A stretch of 64,000 bases of DNA from Trueperaceae bacterium (GTDB lineage: Bacteria > Deinococcota > Deinococci > Deinococcales > Trueperaceae): contig JAXHNB010000002.1 in the NCBI GenBank assembly GCA_034520945.1, positions 367,759 through 431,758 on the forward strand, in the 5' to 3' direction. Shown piece by piece: positions 29,795 through 38,911 of this stretch. The notes under the pieces are model-generated. The model was not told the origin of the DNA, did no database searches, and was given only the letters and a program-made list of their open reading frames with translations. Each line of letters starts with the position of its first letter. The stretch's first letter is position 1. The position numbers and the translations under genes are program-made.

Positions 29795-31168
29795 ATGAGC
29801 CTCACCTCGCCACGAATCACCGTGATCGGTGCCGGGATGGCCGGTTCGGACGCGGCGCTGGCCGCGTCGCGCCTGGGCGTCCACGTCGACCTGTACGAGA
29901 TGCGGCCGACGCGGACCACACCGGCGCACGCCACCGACCGCTTCGCGGAGATGGTGTGCAGCAACAGCCTCGGCGGCGAAGCCGAGACCAACGCCAAGGG
30001 CCTGATGCAGGCCGAGATGCGGGCGGCCGGCGGCGCGATCATTGGGGCCGCCAACGCGTCGCGCGTGCCGGCCGGTGGGGCGCTGGCCGTGGACCGGGCC
30101 GCCTTGGCGGAGGCGGTCACCGACCGGATTCAGGCCGATCCCCGCATCACCGTCCACCGCGAGGAACTCACCGAGCTGCCGGCGGGCGTGGTGGTCCTCG
30201 CGACGGGGCCCCTCACCAGCGACGCGCTGGCGGATGCGGTTCGGCGCCACGTGGGCGAGGACTTCCTGGGGTTCTACGACGCCGCCTCCCCGATCGTGGA
30301 CGTGGAGTCCATCGATCACGACGTCGTGTACCGCAAGGGACGCTACGATCAGGCGGCCGACTACCTGAACGTGCCGTTGCGCCGCGAGGACTACGACCGG
30401 CTGTACCAGGGCCTGCGCGACGCGCGTCAGCACACGCCGCACGACTGGGAGAAGCTGGAGTTCTTCCAGGGCTGCATGCCGATCGAGGAGCTGGCGCGGC
30501 GCGGCTACGACACGCCCCGCTTCGGGCCGCTGAAGCCGGTCGGCCTGGAGCATCCCGACACGGGCGAACGCTTCTTCGCCGTGGTGCAGCTGCGGCAGGA
30601 GGACGCCGCGGGACGCATGTGGTCGTTGGTCGGCTTCCAGACCGGCCTGAAGTGGGGCGACCAGAAGGACCTGGTGCGCAGCCTGCCGGGGCTCGCCAAG
30701 GCGGACGTGGTCCGCTACGGCGTGATGCACCGCAACACCTACCTGAACGCGCCGCGGCTGTTGGCGCCCGACCTGTCGTTGCGGGGCGACCCCGACGTGT
30801 TCGTGGCGGGCGTGCTGGCCGGCACCGAAGGCTACCTGGAGTCGTCCGCCACCGGCTGGCTGGCCGGCGTCAACGCCGCCCGCCGCGCGCGGGGCGAACC
30901 TTCGGTGCACCCGCCCGAGGACACCATGCTGGGCGGGCTGGTCCAGTTCCTCTCCGGCGCCAACCCTGATGGCTTCCAACCGATGAACGCCAACTGGGGG
31001 CTGGTGCCGAACGCGCCCAAGAAGGACGCGCAGGGGCGGCGGATGGGCAAGAAGGATCGCCGCGCCCACATGTACCGGCGCGGCCTCGCCTCCTTCGAAG
31101 CGTGGTTGGCGGCCCGCGAGCTGCCATCCCAGGCCGCACCGGCGCCGGCCCCCGCCGCCCCGCTATGA
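29795..31168 (+). CDS. trmFO: Folate/FAD-dependent tRNA m5U54 methyltransferase
   Basis: IGAGMAGSDAA, EMVCSNSL, FYDAASPI, RYGVMHRNTY, GTEGYLES, FQPMNANWGL. Confidence 0.95.
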   Translation: MSLTSPRITVIGAGMAGSDAALAASRLGVHVDLYEMRPTRTTPAHATDRFAEMVCSNSLGGEAETNAKGLMQAEMRAAGGAIIGAANASRVPAGGALAVDRAALAEAVTDRIQADPRITVHREELTELPAGVVVLATGPLTSDALADAVRRHVGEDFLGFYDAASPIVDVESIDHDVVYRKGRYDQAADYLNVPLRREDYDRLYQGLRDARQHTPHDWEKLEFFQGCMPIEELARRGYDTPRFGPLKPVGLEHPDTGERFFAVVQLRQEDAAGRMWSLVGFQTGLKWGDQKDLVRSLPGLAKADVVRYGVMHRNTYLNAPRLLAPDLSLRGDPDVFVAGVLAGTEGYLESSATGWLAGVNAARRARGEPSVHPPEDTMLGGLVQFLSGANPDGFQPMNANWGLVPNAPKKDAQGRRMGKKDRRAHMYRRGLASFEAWLAARELPSQAAPAPAPAAPL

Positions 31169-31175
31169 TGCCGTC

Positions 31176-32207
31176 ATGCGCGTCATCGATCTGAGAAGCG
31201 ACACCCTCACCGTGCCCGACCGCGCCATGCGCCGCGCCATGGCGAAGGCCGAGGTCGGCGACGACGTCTACGGCGAAGACCCCACCGTGAACCAGCTGCA
31301 GGACGAACTGGCCGAACGGGCCGGCATGGAGGCGGGCCTGTTCTTCCCGACCGGCTCGATGAGCAACCAGGCGGCGCTGGCGGCGCACACGCGGCGGGGC
31401 GCCGAGGTGATCGCGCCCGAGGGGGCGCACGTCTACGAGTACGAGCTGGGGGCGATGTCGGCCCTGTCCGGCCTCACGCCGCGGCTCCTGCCCGCGCCCT
31501 ACGGCGTGCCCAACGTGGACGATCTGCGCGCCGCCGTGCACACGGGCGGCCACCAGGCGCCGAGTGGGCTGGTGGTGTTGGAGAACACGCACAACCGCGC
31601 CGGCGGGACGGTGCTGCCGCTGGACCGCCAGGCCGAGCTGATCGCCGCGGCGCGGGAGGCCGGGCTTCCCGTGCACCTCGACGGCGCGCGGGCGTTCAAT
31701 GCCGCCGCCGCCCTCGGCGCCGGCATCGACGAGGTGTGCCGCGGCGTCGACACGGCGTCGTTGTGCCTCAGCAAGGGCCTCGGCGCGCCCGTCGGCACGG
31801 TGCTGGTCGGCCGCCGCGAGGTGATCATGGAGGCGCACCGCTACCGCAAGATGTTCGGCGGCGGCATGCGGCAGGCGGGCGTGCTGGCCGCGGCCGGCCT
31901 GCACGCGCTCCGGCACAACGTGAGCCGGCTGGCGGACGATCACGCCCGCGCGCAGACCCTGGCGGAGGGCCTGGCCGGGTTGCCCGGGGTCGACGTCGAC
32001 CTGGAGGCGGTGCAGACCAACATGGTGTACCTCCGCGTCGCCGGGGCGCGACCTCTCGTGGCGGAGCTCGCGGAGCACGGCGTTCGCGCGGGCGCCACCG
32101 GGCCCAATACCATCCGGATGGTGACGCACCTCCACGTACGGGACGAGGACGTTCGGCGCGCGCTGCGCATCGTGACCGAGCGGGTCGCGCAGCGGCGCGC
32201 CGCCTGA
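31176..32207 (+). CDS. ltaE: Low-specificity L-threonine aldolase
   Basis: IDLRSDTLT, GDDVYGEDPTV, LENTHN, HLDGAR, CLSKGLGAPVG, GGGMRQAG. Confidence 0.94.
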   Translation: MRVIDLRSDTLTVPDRAMRRAMAKAEVGDDVYGEDPTVNQLQDELAERAGMEAGLFFPTGSMSNQAALAAHTRRGAEVIAPEGAHVYEYELGAMSALSGLTPRLLPAPYGVPNVDDLRAAVHTGGHQAPSGLVVLENTHNRAGGTVLPLDRQAELIAAAREAGLPVHLDGARAFNAAAALGAGIDEVCRGVDTASLCLSKGLGAPVGTVLVGRREVIMEAHRYRKMFGGGMRQAGVLAAAGLHALRHNVSRLADDHARAQTLAEGLAGLPGVDVDLEAVQTNMVYLRVAGARPLVAELAEHGVRAGATGPNTIRMVTHLHVRDEDVRRALRIVTERVAQRRAA

Positions 32208-33101
32208 GTGCACCGCGCCGTCCTGCTGGGGCACCCCGTCGGGCACAGCCTCAGCCCGGCGATGCACGACGCGGCCTTCGCGGCGGCGGGGCTGGAGGCG
32301 CGCTACGAGGCGTGGGACGTGCCCCCGGACGCGCTCGCCGCCGCGGTGGGCCGCCTCCGCGCTGGCGAGGTGCTGGGCGCCAACGTGACCGTGCCCCACA
32401 AGACGGCCGTGATGGCGCATCTGGACCAGGTCAGCGAGCGGGCCCGCGCCATCGGGGCGGTGAACGTGATCCGACCCGTGGGCGGCGGCCTGCACGGCGA
32501 CAACAGCGACGCGGAGGGGTTCCTGAGGTCGCTGCGCGAGGCCGGGCACGACCCAGGGGGTCGTCGTGTGGTGCTGCTGGGGGCGGGGGGCGCGGCCCGG
32601 TCCGTGGCGTGGGGCCTGATCGACGCGGGCGTGGTGGAGCTGGGGATCGTGAACCGCTCCCCGGACGCGGCCGAGGCGTTGGCTGCGGCGCTTCGGGCGC
32701 GGGCCGGGGAACGGATGCGGCTGTGGACGGCGGGACGCGAGGCGTGGGCGCGCGGCGTGCGCGCCGAGTGGTGGATCAACGCCACCTCGGTCGGGATGCT
32801 TCGTGGCGGGGTCGATCCGGACGAGAGCCCCGTGCCGGCGTCGGCCTGGTCGGAGGTGGTGACCCGACACGCCGAGGAGGGATGGCCCGAGGCGCCTCTG
32901 GCCGTCGACCTGGTGTACCGCCCCCGCGACACCCGCTTCCTTCGCGACGCCCGGGCGGCGGGCGTGGCGACGTTGTCGGGGCTGGGCATGCTGCTGCACC
33001 AAGGCGCGGTCGCGTTCGAGGCGTGGACCGGCCGTGCCGCGCCGCTCGCCGCGATGCGGACCGCCCTCGAGGCGGCTTTGGCGGGGGAGCGCGCGGGGTG
33101 A
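32208..33101 (+). CDS. aroE: Shikimate dehydrogenase
   Basis: GHPVGHSLSPAMH, GANVTVPHK, GAVN, GAGGAAR, INATSVG, GLGMLLHQG. Confidence 0.94.
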   Translation: MHRAVLLGHPVGHSLSPAMHDAAFAAAGLEARYEAWDVPPDALAAAVGRLRAGEVLGANVTVPHKTAVMAHLDQVSERARAIGAVNVIRPVGGGLHGDNSDAEGFLRSLREAGHDPGGRRVVLLGAGGAARSVAWGLIDAGVVELGIVNRSPDAAEALAAALRARAGERMRLWTAGREAWARGVRAEWWINATSVGMLRGGVDPDESPVPASAWSEVVTRHAEEGWPEAPLAVDLVYRPRDTRFLRDARAAGVATLSGLGMLLHQGAVAFEAWTGRAAPLAAMRTALEAALAGERAG

Positions 33102-33153
33102 GGGGCCGGCGGTGCGTGGACCCGCGCGGGCGGGGCCCGGCGGCGGGGCGGAC

Positions 33154-34086
33154 GTGAACGCCCCCGGCCGGGTGGCGATCCTGGCGGACGTCCACGGCAA
33201 CCTGGCTGCTTTGGAGGCGGTCGTGGAGGACGTCCGGGCGGTCGACGCGGACCGCGTGATCGTCAACGGCGACATGGTGAACCGAGGGCCGGACGGCGTG
33301 GCGGTGCTGGAGCGGCTGGACGCGCTTGCGTGGCCGATGACGCTCGGCAATCACGACGACCTGATGCGCATGTGGGTGACGCGCGACCCGGCCCTGCCGC
33401 CGGCGTGGTTCGACCATCCGTATTGGCGCGCCACACAGTGGTGCGCCGAACGGCTGCATGCCGCCGGCTGGCTGCCGCGCCTGACCGCGCTGCCCATGAC
33501 CCTCACCGTCGCCGCCGAGGGGGCCGACACGGTGCTGGTGTCACACGGCAGCCCCCGGCACTACCGCGAAGGGTACGGCGAGTTGCTGGACGACGCCACC
33601 CTCGGCGACATCGTCCGGACCGTCGAGGCGGAGGTGCTGGTCGGTTCGCACACGCACCGGCCGTTGCTGCGGCGGTTCGGCCGGCGGACGTTTTTGAACA
33701 GCGGTGCGGTCGGTACCCCGTTCAATGCCGACCCGCGGGCGCAGTACCTGGTGCTGCACCGGGACGGGCGTCGCTGGCGTCCGGAGTTCCGGCGCGTGTC
33801 GTACGACCGCCACGCGGCGTTCCGTGCCTTCCACGACAGCGGGTACCTGGACGAGGGCGGCCCCAGCGCGCGCATCTTCCTATTGGAGCTCGCCACGGCG
33901 CAGAGCCTGCTGGTGCCCTACCAGGCGTGGGCCGCGCGCAGGGATCTTCCCGAAGGTCCGGACTCCTGGACGGCGTACGTGCAGGCGCACCCCGAGCGGT
34001 TCGTGGCGCCCGACCCAGCCGGCGCCGAACTGCTGGACCGGATCGGCGGGCCGCCCCAGGTAGAGCCTCCCGAGGGGCAGGCGTGA
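33154..34086 (+). CDS. Calcineurin-like metallophosphoesterase
   Basis: ADVHGN, GDMVNRGP, LGNHD, SHGSP, GSHTH, LNSGAVG. Confidence 0.88.
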   Translation: MNAPGRVAILADVHGNLAALEAVVEDVRAVDADRVIVNGDMVNRGPDGVAVLERLDALAWPMTLGNHDDLMRMWVTRDPALPPAWFDHPYWRATQWCAERLHAAGWLPRLTALPMTLTVAAEGADTVLVSHGSPRHYREGYGELLDDATLGDIVRTVEAEVLVGSHTHRPLLRRFGRRTFLNSGAVGTPFNADPRAQYLVLHRDGRRWRPEFRRVSYDRHAAFRAFHDSGYLDEGGPSARIFLLELATAQSLLVPYQAWAARRDLPEGPDSWTAYVQAHPERFVAPDPAGAELLDRIGGPPQVEPPEGQA

Positions 34087-34130
34087 GGCAAGGGCGTTCG
34101 GGGCGGGCCTGACGGCCGCGCCGGGCGAAC

Positions 34131-35696
34131 TCAGTGGCCCGTGCGCTCGACCCGCCACGCCCCTTCCCGGACGGGCGTGAGGCGCAGGCCGTCCGGCGGG
34201 TCGTCGGAGATGTCCCGCAGCAGATCGCCTGCCGTCTCGGGGTCCAGGTCGAAGCGTGACGCCACCATCTCGGTCTTGGCGATGAGCGGCATGTCGGGGC
34301 TGGACAGAAACCGGAGCATGCGCGTTCGCAGATCGCCCGCCAAGAATCGCTCGGCGCGGCTCGGCACGGAGCTCCCGTCGTCCTGCCACTGCGCCGCGCG
34401 TTCGGCGGCCACGTCGACGTCGTCGGGGGACGGCGAGGGGTCGGCCGGTTCGTCGGGCGTGTCGTCGCTCACATCGGGTCCGGCGGGCGGCGTCACCTCG
34501 GGCGGCGTCTCCGCCTCGGGTCGAGCGGGCGGTGTCGCTGGGCGACCGGGTGCCGTCGTGGTATCGGCGTCGGCGTCGGCGTCGGTCGGGGTGGCCCGTG
34601 CCGGCTCCGCACGGCGCGGATCGCGGGTGTCGGCCGCGCGGGCGCGCACGCGCTCGGGTTGCGCCTGTTCCCGCACGCGCACGGCGGGCGGCGGGGGTCC
34701 GTACGCATCGGTGCCGGGCGCGTCCGTCTCGGCCGGAACGTCGCCCATTGGGGCGCGGCGGGCCTCCTGGCGGTCCTCGGCGCGCTGCGACCGGTCGAAC
34801 GGCGCCGCGGACGGCGCGTCCGGCAGCAGGTCGTCGCTGGCCGGGTCGCCGAGGGGGTCGTCCCCCGGCTCGCGGTCGTTCCAGGCCTGCGTCCAGTCGG
34901 GGGCGCGACGGGGGGCGGCGTCGGTGGGCGCCGGGCGGCCTGGGGCGTCGCCGCTGCCGAACCACCCTTGCACGGTCCGGACCATGCCGCCGAACAGGCC
35001 CGCCCGATGGTCTTCGCGCCCGCGCGGGGGGGACGTGTCGTTGCTCGCGCCGGAGGGGCTTCGGGGGCCGCCCTCCGCCAGGGGTTTCACCTTCACCCGT
35101 GGCGCCCGTGGCGCGTCGTCGGGCAGATCCGCGCCGTGGCCGCCCGCACCGGCGACGCCGTCGTCCGGGGGGCCGGCGAGGTCCGCTGGGTCGGTGGCGT
35201 CCAGCGGCGTGGGGCCGGGGGATCCGGCGTCAGGGACGGCCTCGCCGGCCGGCGCCCGCTCGTCGCGCGGGACTTCGTCGTGGGCCTGCGGCGGTCGCTC
35301 GGGGTCGGCGACCTGCCGGCGAGCGTCCTCGTCGGGCAGGCGGTGGCTGGCCCAGGTGCTGGGGGTGACCTTCGGCCGCGCCCGGCGGGGTCGCTTGTGC
35401 AGGCCGAGCCGCACGGTGTCACCGTCGACCTCGAGGATGACGGCGTCGTTGACCTGCACCTCGTTCGCTTCGAAGAGCGGTCCCAGCCCGGCCAAGCGGC
35501 GGGGCGGTTCGGACCACAACACCAGCGCTTCGGCGCTTTCCAGCTCGTGCGCCAGCAATTCCCCTTCGGGGAGGCGACCCGCCAGCGCGAACGGCAGTTG
35601 CACGCTGCCGGTGCGGAGGCACAGGCGCGTCACGTTGATGGTGTGTCGTTCGGCCGCTGCGGGCGGGCCCTTTCTGCGCTTCGGGTCTCGGTCCAC
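34131..35696 (-). CDS. Hypothetical protein: two small globular domains joined by a long Pro/Ala/Asp-rich linker
   Basis: GGGAGGGG SD before GTG; ordered N-terminal ~105 aa and C-terminal ~65 aa; acidic low-complexity middle. Confidence 0.75.
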   Translation of the reverse strand: MDRDPKRRKGPPAAAERHTINVTRLCLRTGSVQLPFALAGRLPEGELLAHELESAEALVLWSEPPRRLAGLGPLFEANEVQVNDAVILEVDGDTVRLGLHKRPRRARPKVTPSTWASHRLPDEDARRQVADPERPPQAHDEVPRDERAPAGEAVPDAGSPGPTPLDATDPADLAGPPDDGVAGAGGHGADLPDDAPRAPRVKVKPLAEGGPRSPSGASNDTSPPRGREDHRAGLFGGMVRTVQGWFGSGDAPGRPAPTDAAPRRAPDWTQAWNDREPGDDPLGDPASDDLLPDAPSAAPFDRSQRAEDRQEARRAPMGDVPAETDAPGTDAYGPPPPAVRVREQAQPERVRARAADTRDPRRAEPARATPTDADADADTTTAPGRPATPPARPEAETPPEVTPPAGPDVSDDTPDEPADPSPSPDDVDVAAERAAQWQDDGSSVPSRAERFLAGDLRTRMLRFLSSPDMPLIAKTEMVASRFDLDPETAGDLLRDISDDPPDGLRLTPVREGAWRVERTGH

Positions 35697-35793
35697 GGGC
35701 GAACCCCTCCCTACGCTGGAACGTGTCCGAGTCTAGCAGGCGGCCCGGTGTTTCTTCGGCGTGAGCGGCGACGCGGAACGGCGGCGCAGCGGC

Positions 35794-36228
35794 TCAGCGT
35801 CGCGTCGCGGCGACCGCGCCGAGCAGGATCGTGATCAGGACGAAGGCGCTCAGCGACAGTACGGGAATGGTCACCCAGCCGAACCATTCGATGTAGGCGG
35901 CGTTGCAGGGGACGCCGCTGCGGCAGGTGCTCGCGAAGCCGAAGTCGGGGATCTTCTGCACCAGCACGTGGTAGGCGGCGATGAGGCCGCCCAGGGTCGT
36001 CAGCGGCAGTGCGTAGCGAATGATGCTCACGTCGCCGCGCCACGCCGCGATGCCCAACTGGATCGCCAGCGGGTACATCAGGATCCGCTGGTACCAGCAG
36101 AGCGTGCACGGCACGAACCCACGCACCTCGCTGAACCACAGGCTGCCGAGGGTGGCCACGAGCGACACCAGCCAGGCCAGGTACAGCACCATGGCGGTGC
36201 GCCCCGCGCCGGTGTCGTGTCGGGTCAC
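35794..36228 (-). CDS. dsbB: Disulfide bond formation protein (DsbB/BdbC type)
   Basis: [24 protein letters not shown] and second Cys pair CRSGVPC; overlaps the dsbA stop. Confidence 0.92.
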   Translation of the reverse strand: MTRHDTGAGRTAMVLYLAWLVSLVATLGSLWFSEVRGFVPCTLCWYQRILMYPLAIQLGIAAWRGDVSIIRYALPLTTLGGLIAAYHVLVQKIPDFGFASTCRSGVPCNAAYIEWFGWVTIPVLSLSAFVLITILLGAVAATRR

Positions 36229-36845
36229 TCCAGTGCCGCGTCGAGGGCCCGCGACAGCCCTTCGTAGGTGGCGTCGACCTCCTCGCCGTTCAGCAGCACG
36301 CTGGGCGTGCCGCCGAGGCCGAGCTCCTGGGCATGGTCCTGGTCGGCCTGCACGGCGTCCATTCGTTCGTCGTTCGCCGCGCAGGACCGCAGTGCCTCGC
36401 CGTCGATCCCGTCGGCGTACTCGAGGGCCAGCTCGATGGCGCGCCCTTCGTCCAGGCCGTCCTGCGCGCGGTAGGCGACCTCTTCGAACGCCCAGAAGGC
36501 GTCGTTGCCCTGGTCGAACACGCACTCCCCGACGTGGGCGATGCGGCGGGCTTCAGGCCCGATCACCACGAAGTTCTTGTAGTAGATCGCCACCCGATCG
36601 CCGTACTCGCGTTCGATGCGGGGCACCACGGTTTCGGTGAAGGTGCCGCAGTGCGGGCACAGGAAGTCTTCGAACAACACCAGCTCCGCCTCGGGGTCGG
36701 CGGCCCCCTTGCGGGGTTGGGCGTCCAGGGCCAGGTCGCCGCCTTCGGCGGAGGCGCCACCCGCCAGGCGGGGGGCGAGGACGAGCGCGACCACGACGAC
36801 GGCCGCGAGGGCCACGGTGGCGAGGATCATGCGTTGCGGGGTCAT
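36225..36845 (-). CDS. DsbA/BdbD family thiol-disulfide oxidoreductase
   Basis: [14 protein letters not shown] cis-Pro loop, N-terminal anchor. Confidence 0.9.
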   Translation of the reverse strand: MTPQRMILATVALAAVVVVALVLAPRLAGGASAEGGDLALDAQPRKGAADPEAELVLFEDFLCPHCGTFTETVVPRIEREYGDRVAIYYKNFVVIGPEARRIAHVGECVFDQGNDAFWAFEEVAYRAQDGLDEGRAIELALEYADGIDGEALRSCAANDERMDAVQADQDHAQELGLGGTPSVLLNGEEVDATYEGLSRALDAALE

Positions 36846-36905
36846 GGCGTCATGCTACCGGACGAAGGTGAGACGTGCGAGCCGGGACGCACGAAGTCGG
36901 GCGGG

Positions 36906-37475
36906 CTAGAAGCCCGCATGATGGTCGATGCCTTCGTACGCATCGACGAAGGTGCGCATGGCGTCGACGTCCGGCTCATCGAAGCGTTGCAGCCGCTGCC
37001 AGGCGGTCAGCGTGAACGGGGTTTCCATGTCGGGCCGCGGCGCGATCACCACCCGGCGATAGCCGCGCGACGCTTGCTCCAACACCGAGATGCGTTCATT
37101 GGTCGCCGCTGCGTCCTCGGCGGGCCGGTACCAGAGGATCACGCCGCCGTCCTCCATGTTGTGGATCAGGCGTTGGTCGTTCACCTCGTCGCCGGGCTCA
37201 TACGTGCCCCAGGACGCCAGGTCCGGCGTGTGCGGGCCGGAGGTGGGTGGGTCGCTGTTGTAGTCGGGCACGTTGGTGCCGAGCGCGATGTGCCGGTTGC
37301 CCTGGCTGGCGAATCGTTCGCCGGGAAGGTTGGCGGACTGGATGATCTGCAGCGCGATGGGGACGGCGATCAGCGCGACGACGCCGATGCCGCCGAGGAT
37401 CCAGGGGAGCCGGTTTCCGCGGGCGCGGCCGGGCGCGCGTTTGCGCTTGCTTCGGTGCTTCTGCGGGTTCGCCAT
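36906..37475 (-). CDS. DUF3105 family protein
   Basis: YNSDPPTSGPH, IHNMEDGGVILWY, LTAW; basic N-terminus plus TM helix. Confidence 0.8.
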   Translation of the reverse strand: MANPQKHRSKRKRAPGRARGNRLPWILGGIGVVALIAVPIALQIIQSANLPGERFASQGNRHIALGTNVPDYNSDPPTSGPHTPDLASWGTYEPGDEVNDQRLIHNMEDGGVILWYRPAEDAAATNERISVLEQASRGYRRVVIAPRPDMETPFTLTAWQRLQRFDEPDVDAMRTFVDAYEGIDHHAGF

Positions 37476-37669
37476 GATGCGAACGAAGATAGCAGGCCGG
37501 TGGGTGGAGGTCCGTCAAACGCCGGACCTCCCGCGCCGTCTCCGCGAGGGAGGTGGCCGGAGCCTTGTCGGGCGCGCGAAGTCCGTAGGGCGCCTCCTCT
37601 GCTATCCTCGATGCAGCAGCGGGCGCCACGCCCGCGCTGAACGTTCCAGCCCACCTCGAGGGGGTACCC

Positions 37670-38269
37670 ATGGCATTCGAACTTCCTTCCCTTCCCTACG
37701 CATTCGACGCGCTCGAACCGCACATCGACGCCCGCACCATGGAGATCCACCACGGCAAGCACCATGCCGGCTACGCCAGCAAGCTGTCCGCCGCGGTGGA
37801 GGGGACCGATCTGGCCGGCAAGGGGATCGAGGAGATCCTTCGGATGGGCGCTGACCGGCTTCCCACGGCGGTCCGCAACCACGGCGGCGGCTACGCCAAC
37901 CACAACCTGTTCTGGGAGATCCTGTCGCCGAACGGCGGCGGCGCGCCGTCCGGGGAGCTCGGCAGCGCGATCGAATCGACCTTCGGTTCGTTCGAGGACT
38001 TCAAGAAGACGTTCTCCGACGCGGCGGCCGGCCGTTTCGGCAGCGGGTGGGCCTGGCTGGTGGTCAAGCCGGGCGGCGCGCTGGCGGTGTACAGCACCCC
38101 GAACCAGGACAGCCCCTACATGGACGGGGACGTGCCCATCATGGGCCTGGACGTCTGGGAGCACGCCTACTACCTGAACTACCAGAATCGCCGCGCCGAC
38201 TACATCGCGGCCTTCTGGAACCTCGTGAACTGGCCTGCGGTGGCCGAGCGGTACGCGGCCGCACGCTGA
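37670..38269 (+). CDS. sodA: Superoxide dismutase [Mn/Fe]
   Basis: [41 protein letters not shown]. Confidence 0.96.
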   Translation: MAFELPSLPYAFDALEPHIDARTMEIHHGKHHAGYASKLSAAVEGTDLAGKGIEEILRMGADRLPTAVRNHGGGYANHNLFWEILSPNGGGAPSGELGSAIESTFGSFEDFKKTFSDAAAGRFGSGWAWLVVKPGGALAVYSTPNQDSPYMDGDVPIMGLDVWEHAYYLNYQNRRADYIAAFWNLVNWPAVAERYAAAR

Positions 38270-38315
38270 CGCGCCGCCCGCGGCGCGGGCCACGCACCAT
38301 ATGAGCAAAGCCTAG

Positions 38316-38344
38316 ACGGGCACGGGGACGCTCCCCGTGCCCGT
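38316..38344 (+). terminator. Hairpin downstream of sodA
   Basis: Perfect 13-bp inverted repeat ACGGGCACGGGGA-CGC-TCCCCGTGCCCGT. Confidence 0.65.
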
Positions 38345-38401
38345 TCGCATGGACCTTGGCACCCGGCGCCCCGCACGACGGTCCCCCCCTAGGGTGAGGG
38401 C

Positions 38402-38902
38402 ATGGGCGACGCCGCCGAGTCCCGCCTGACCCTCACGTTGTGCGGGTGCTGCCTGGTGCTGCTCGCCTGGGGCCTCTGGCCCCACCTGCGCGCGCGGCCC
38501 CAGGCTCCCGTCACGTCGCACCCGTCGATCACCGTCGCGATCGAAGGGGCGGTGCGGGCGCCCGGCAGCTACCAACTCCCGTTCGGCGCCCGCGTCGAGG
38601 CGCTGATCGATTCCGCCGGCGGGCTCGCGCCCGGCGCCGCGCGGGAGATGGTCAACCGCGCCGCGCCGCTCTCGGAGGGCGCCGTGGTGGTGGTGCCGGC
38701 CCAGCGGACGCCGGACGGCAATGATCGCCTGTCGCTGAACACCGCCACCCGCGACGAACTCCGGCGCCTTCCGGGCATCGGCCCGGCGCTGGCCCAGCGG
38801 ATCGTGGCCCACCGGCCCTTCTACCGCGTGGAGGAGCTGCGGGAGGTGCCGGGCATCGGCCCCGTCACCCTGGCGCGCCTTCGCCCGCGGGTCACGCCGT
38901 AG
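38402..38902 (+). CDS. comEA: Competence DNA receptor ComEA
   Basis: TM helix, SLBB (VAIEGAVRAPGSYQL), HhH (LNTAT..EL..LPGIGP, VPGIGP). Confidence 0.92.
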   Translation: MGDAAESRLTLTLCGCCLVLLAWGLWPHLRARPQAPVTSHPSITVAIEGAVRAPGSYQLPFGARVEALIDSAGGLAPGAAREMVNRAAPLSEGAVVVVPAQRTPDGNDRLSLNTATRDELRRLPGIGPALAQRIVAHRPFYRVEELREVPGIGPVTLARLRPRVTP

Positions 38903-38911
38903 GGAGCCCCG

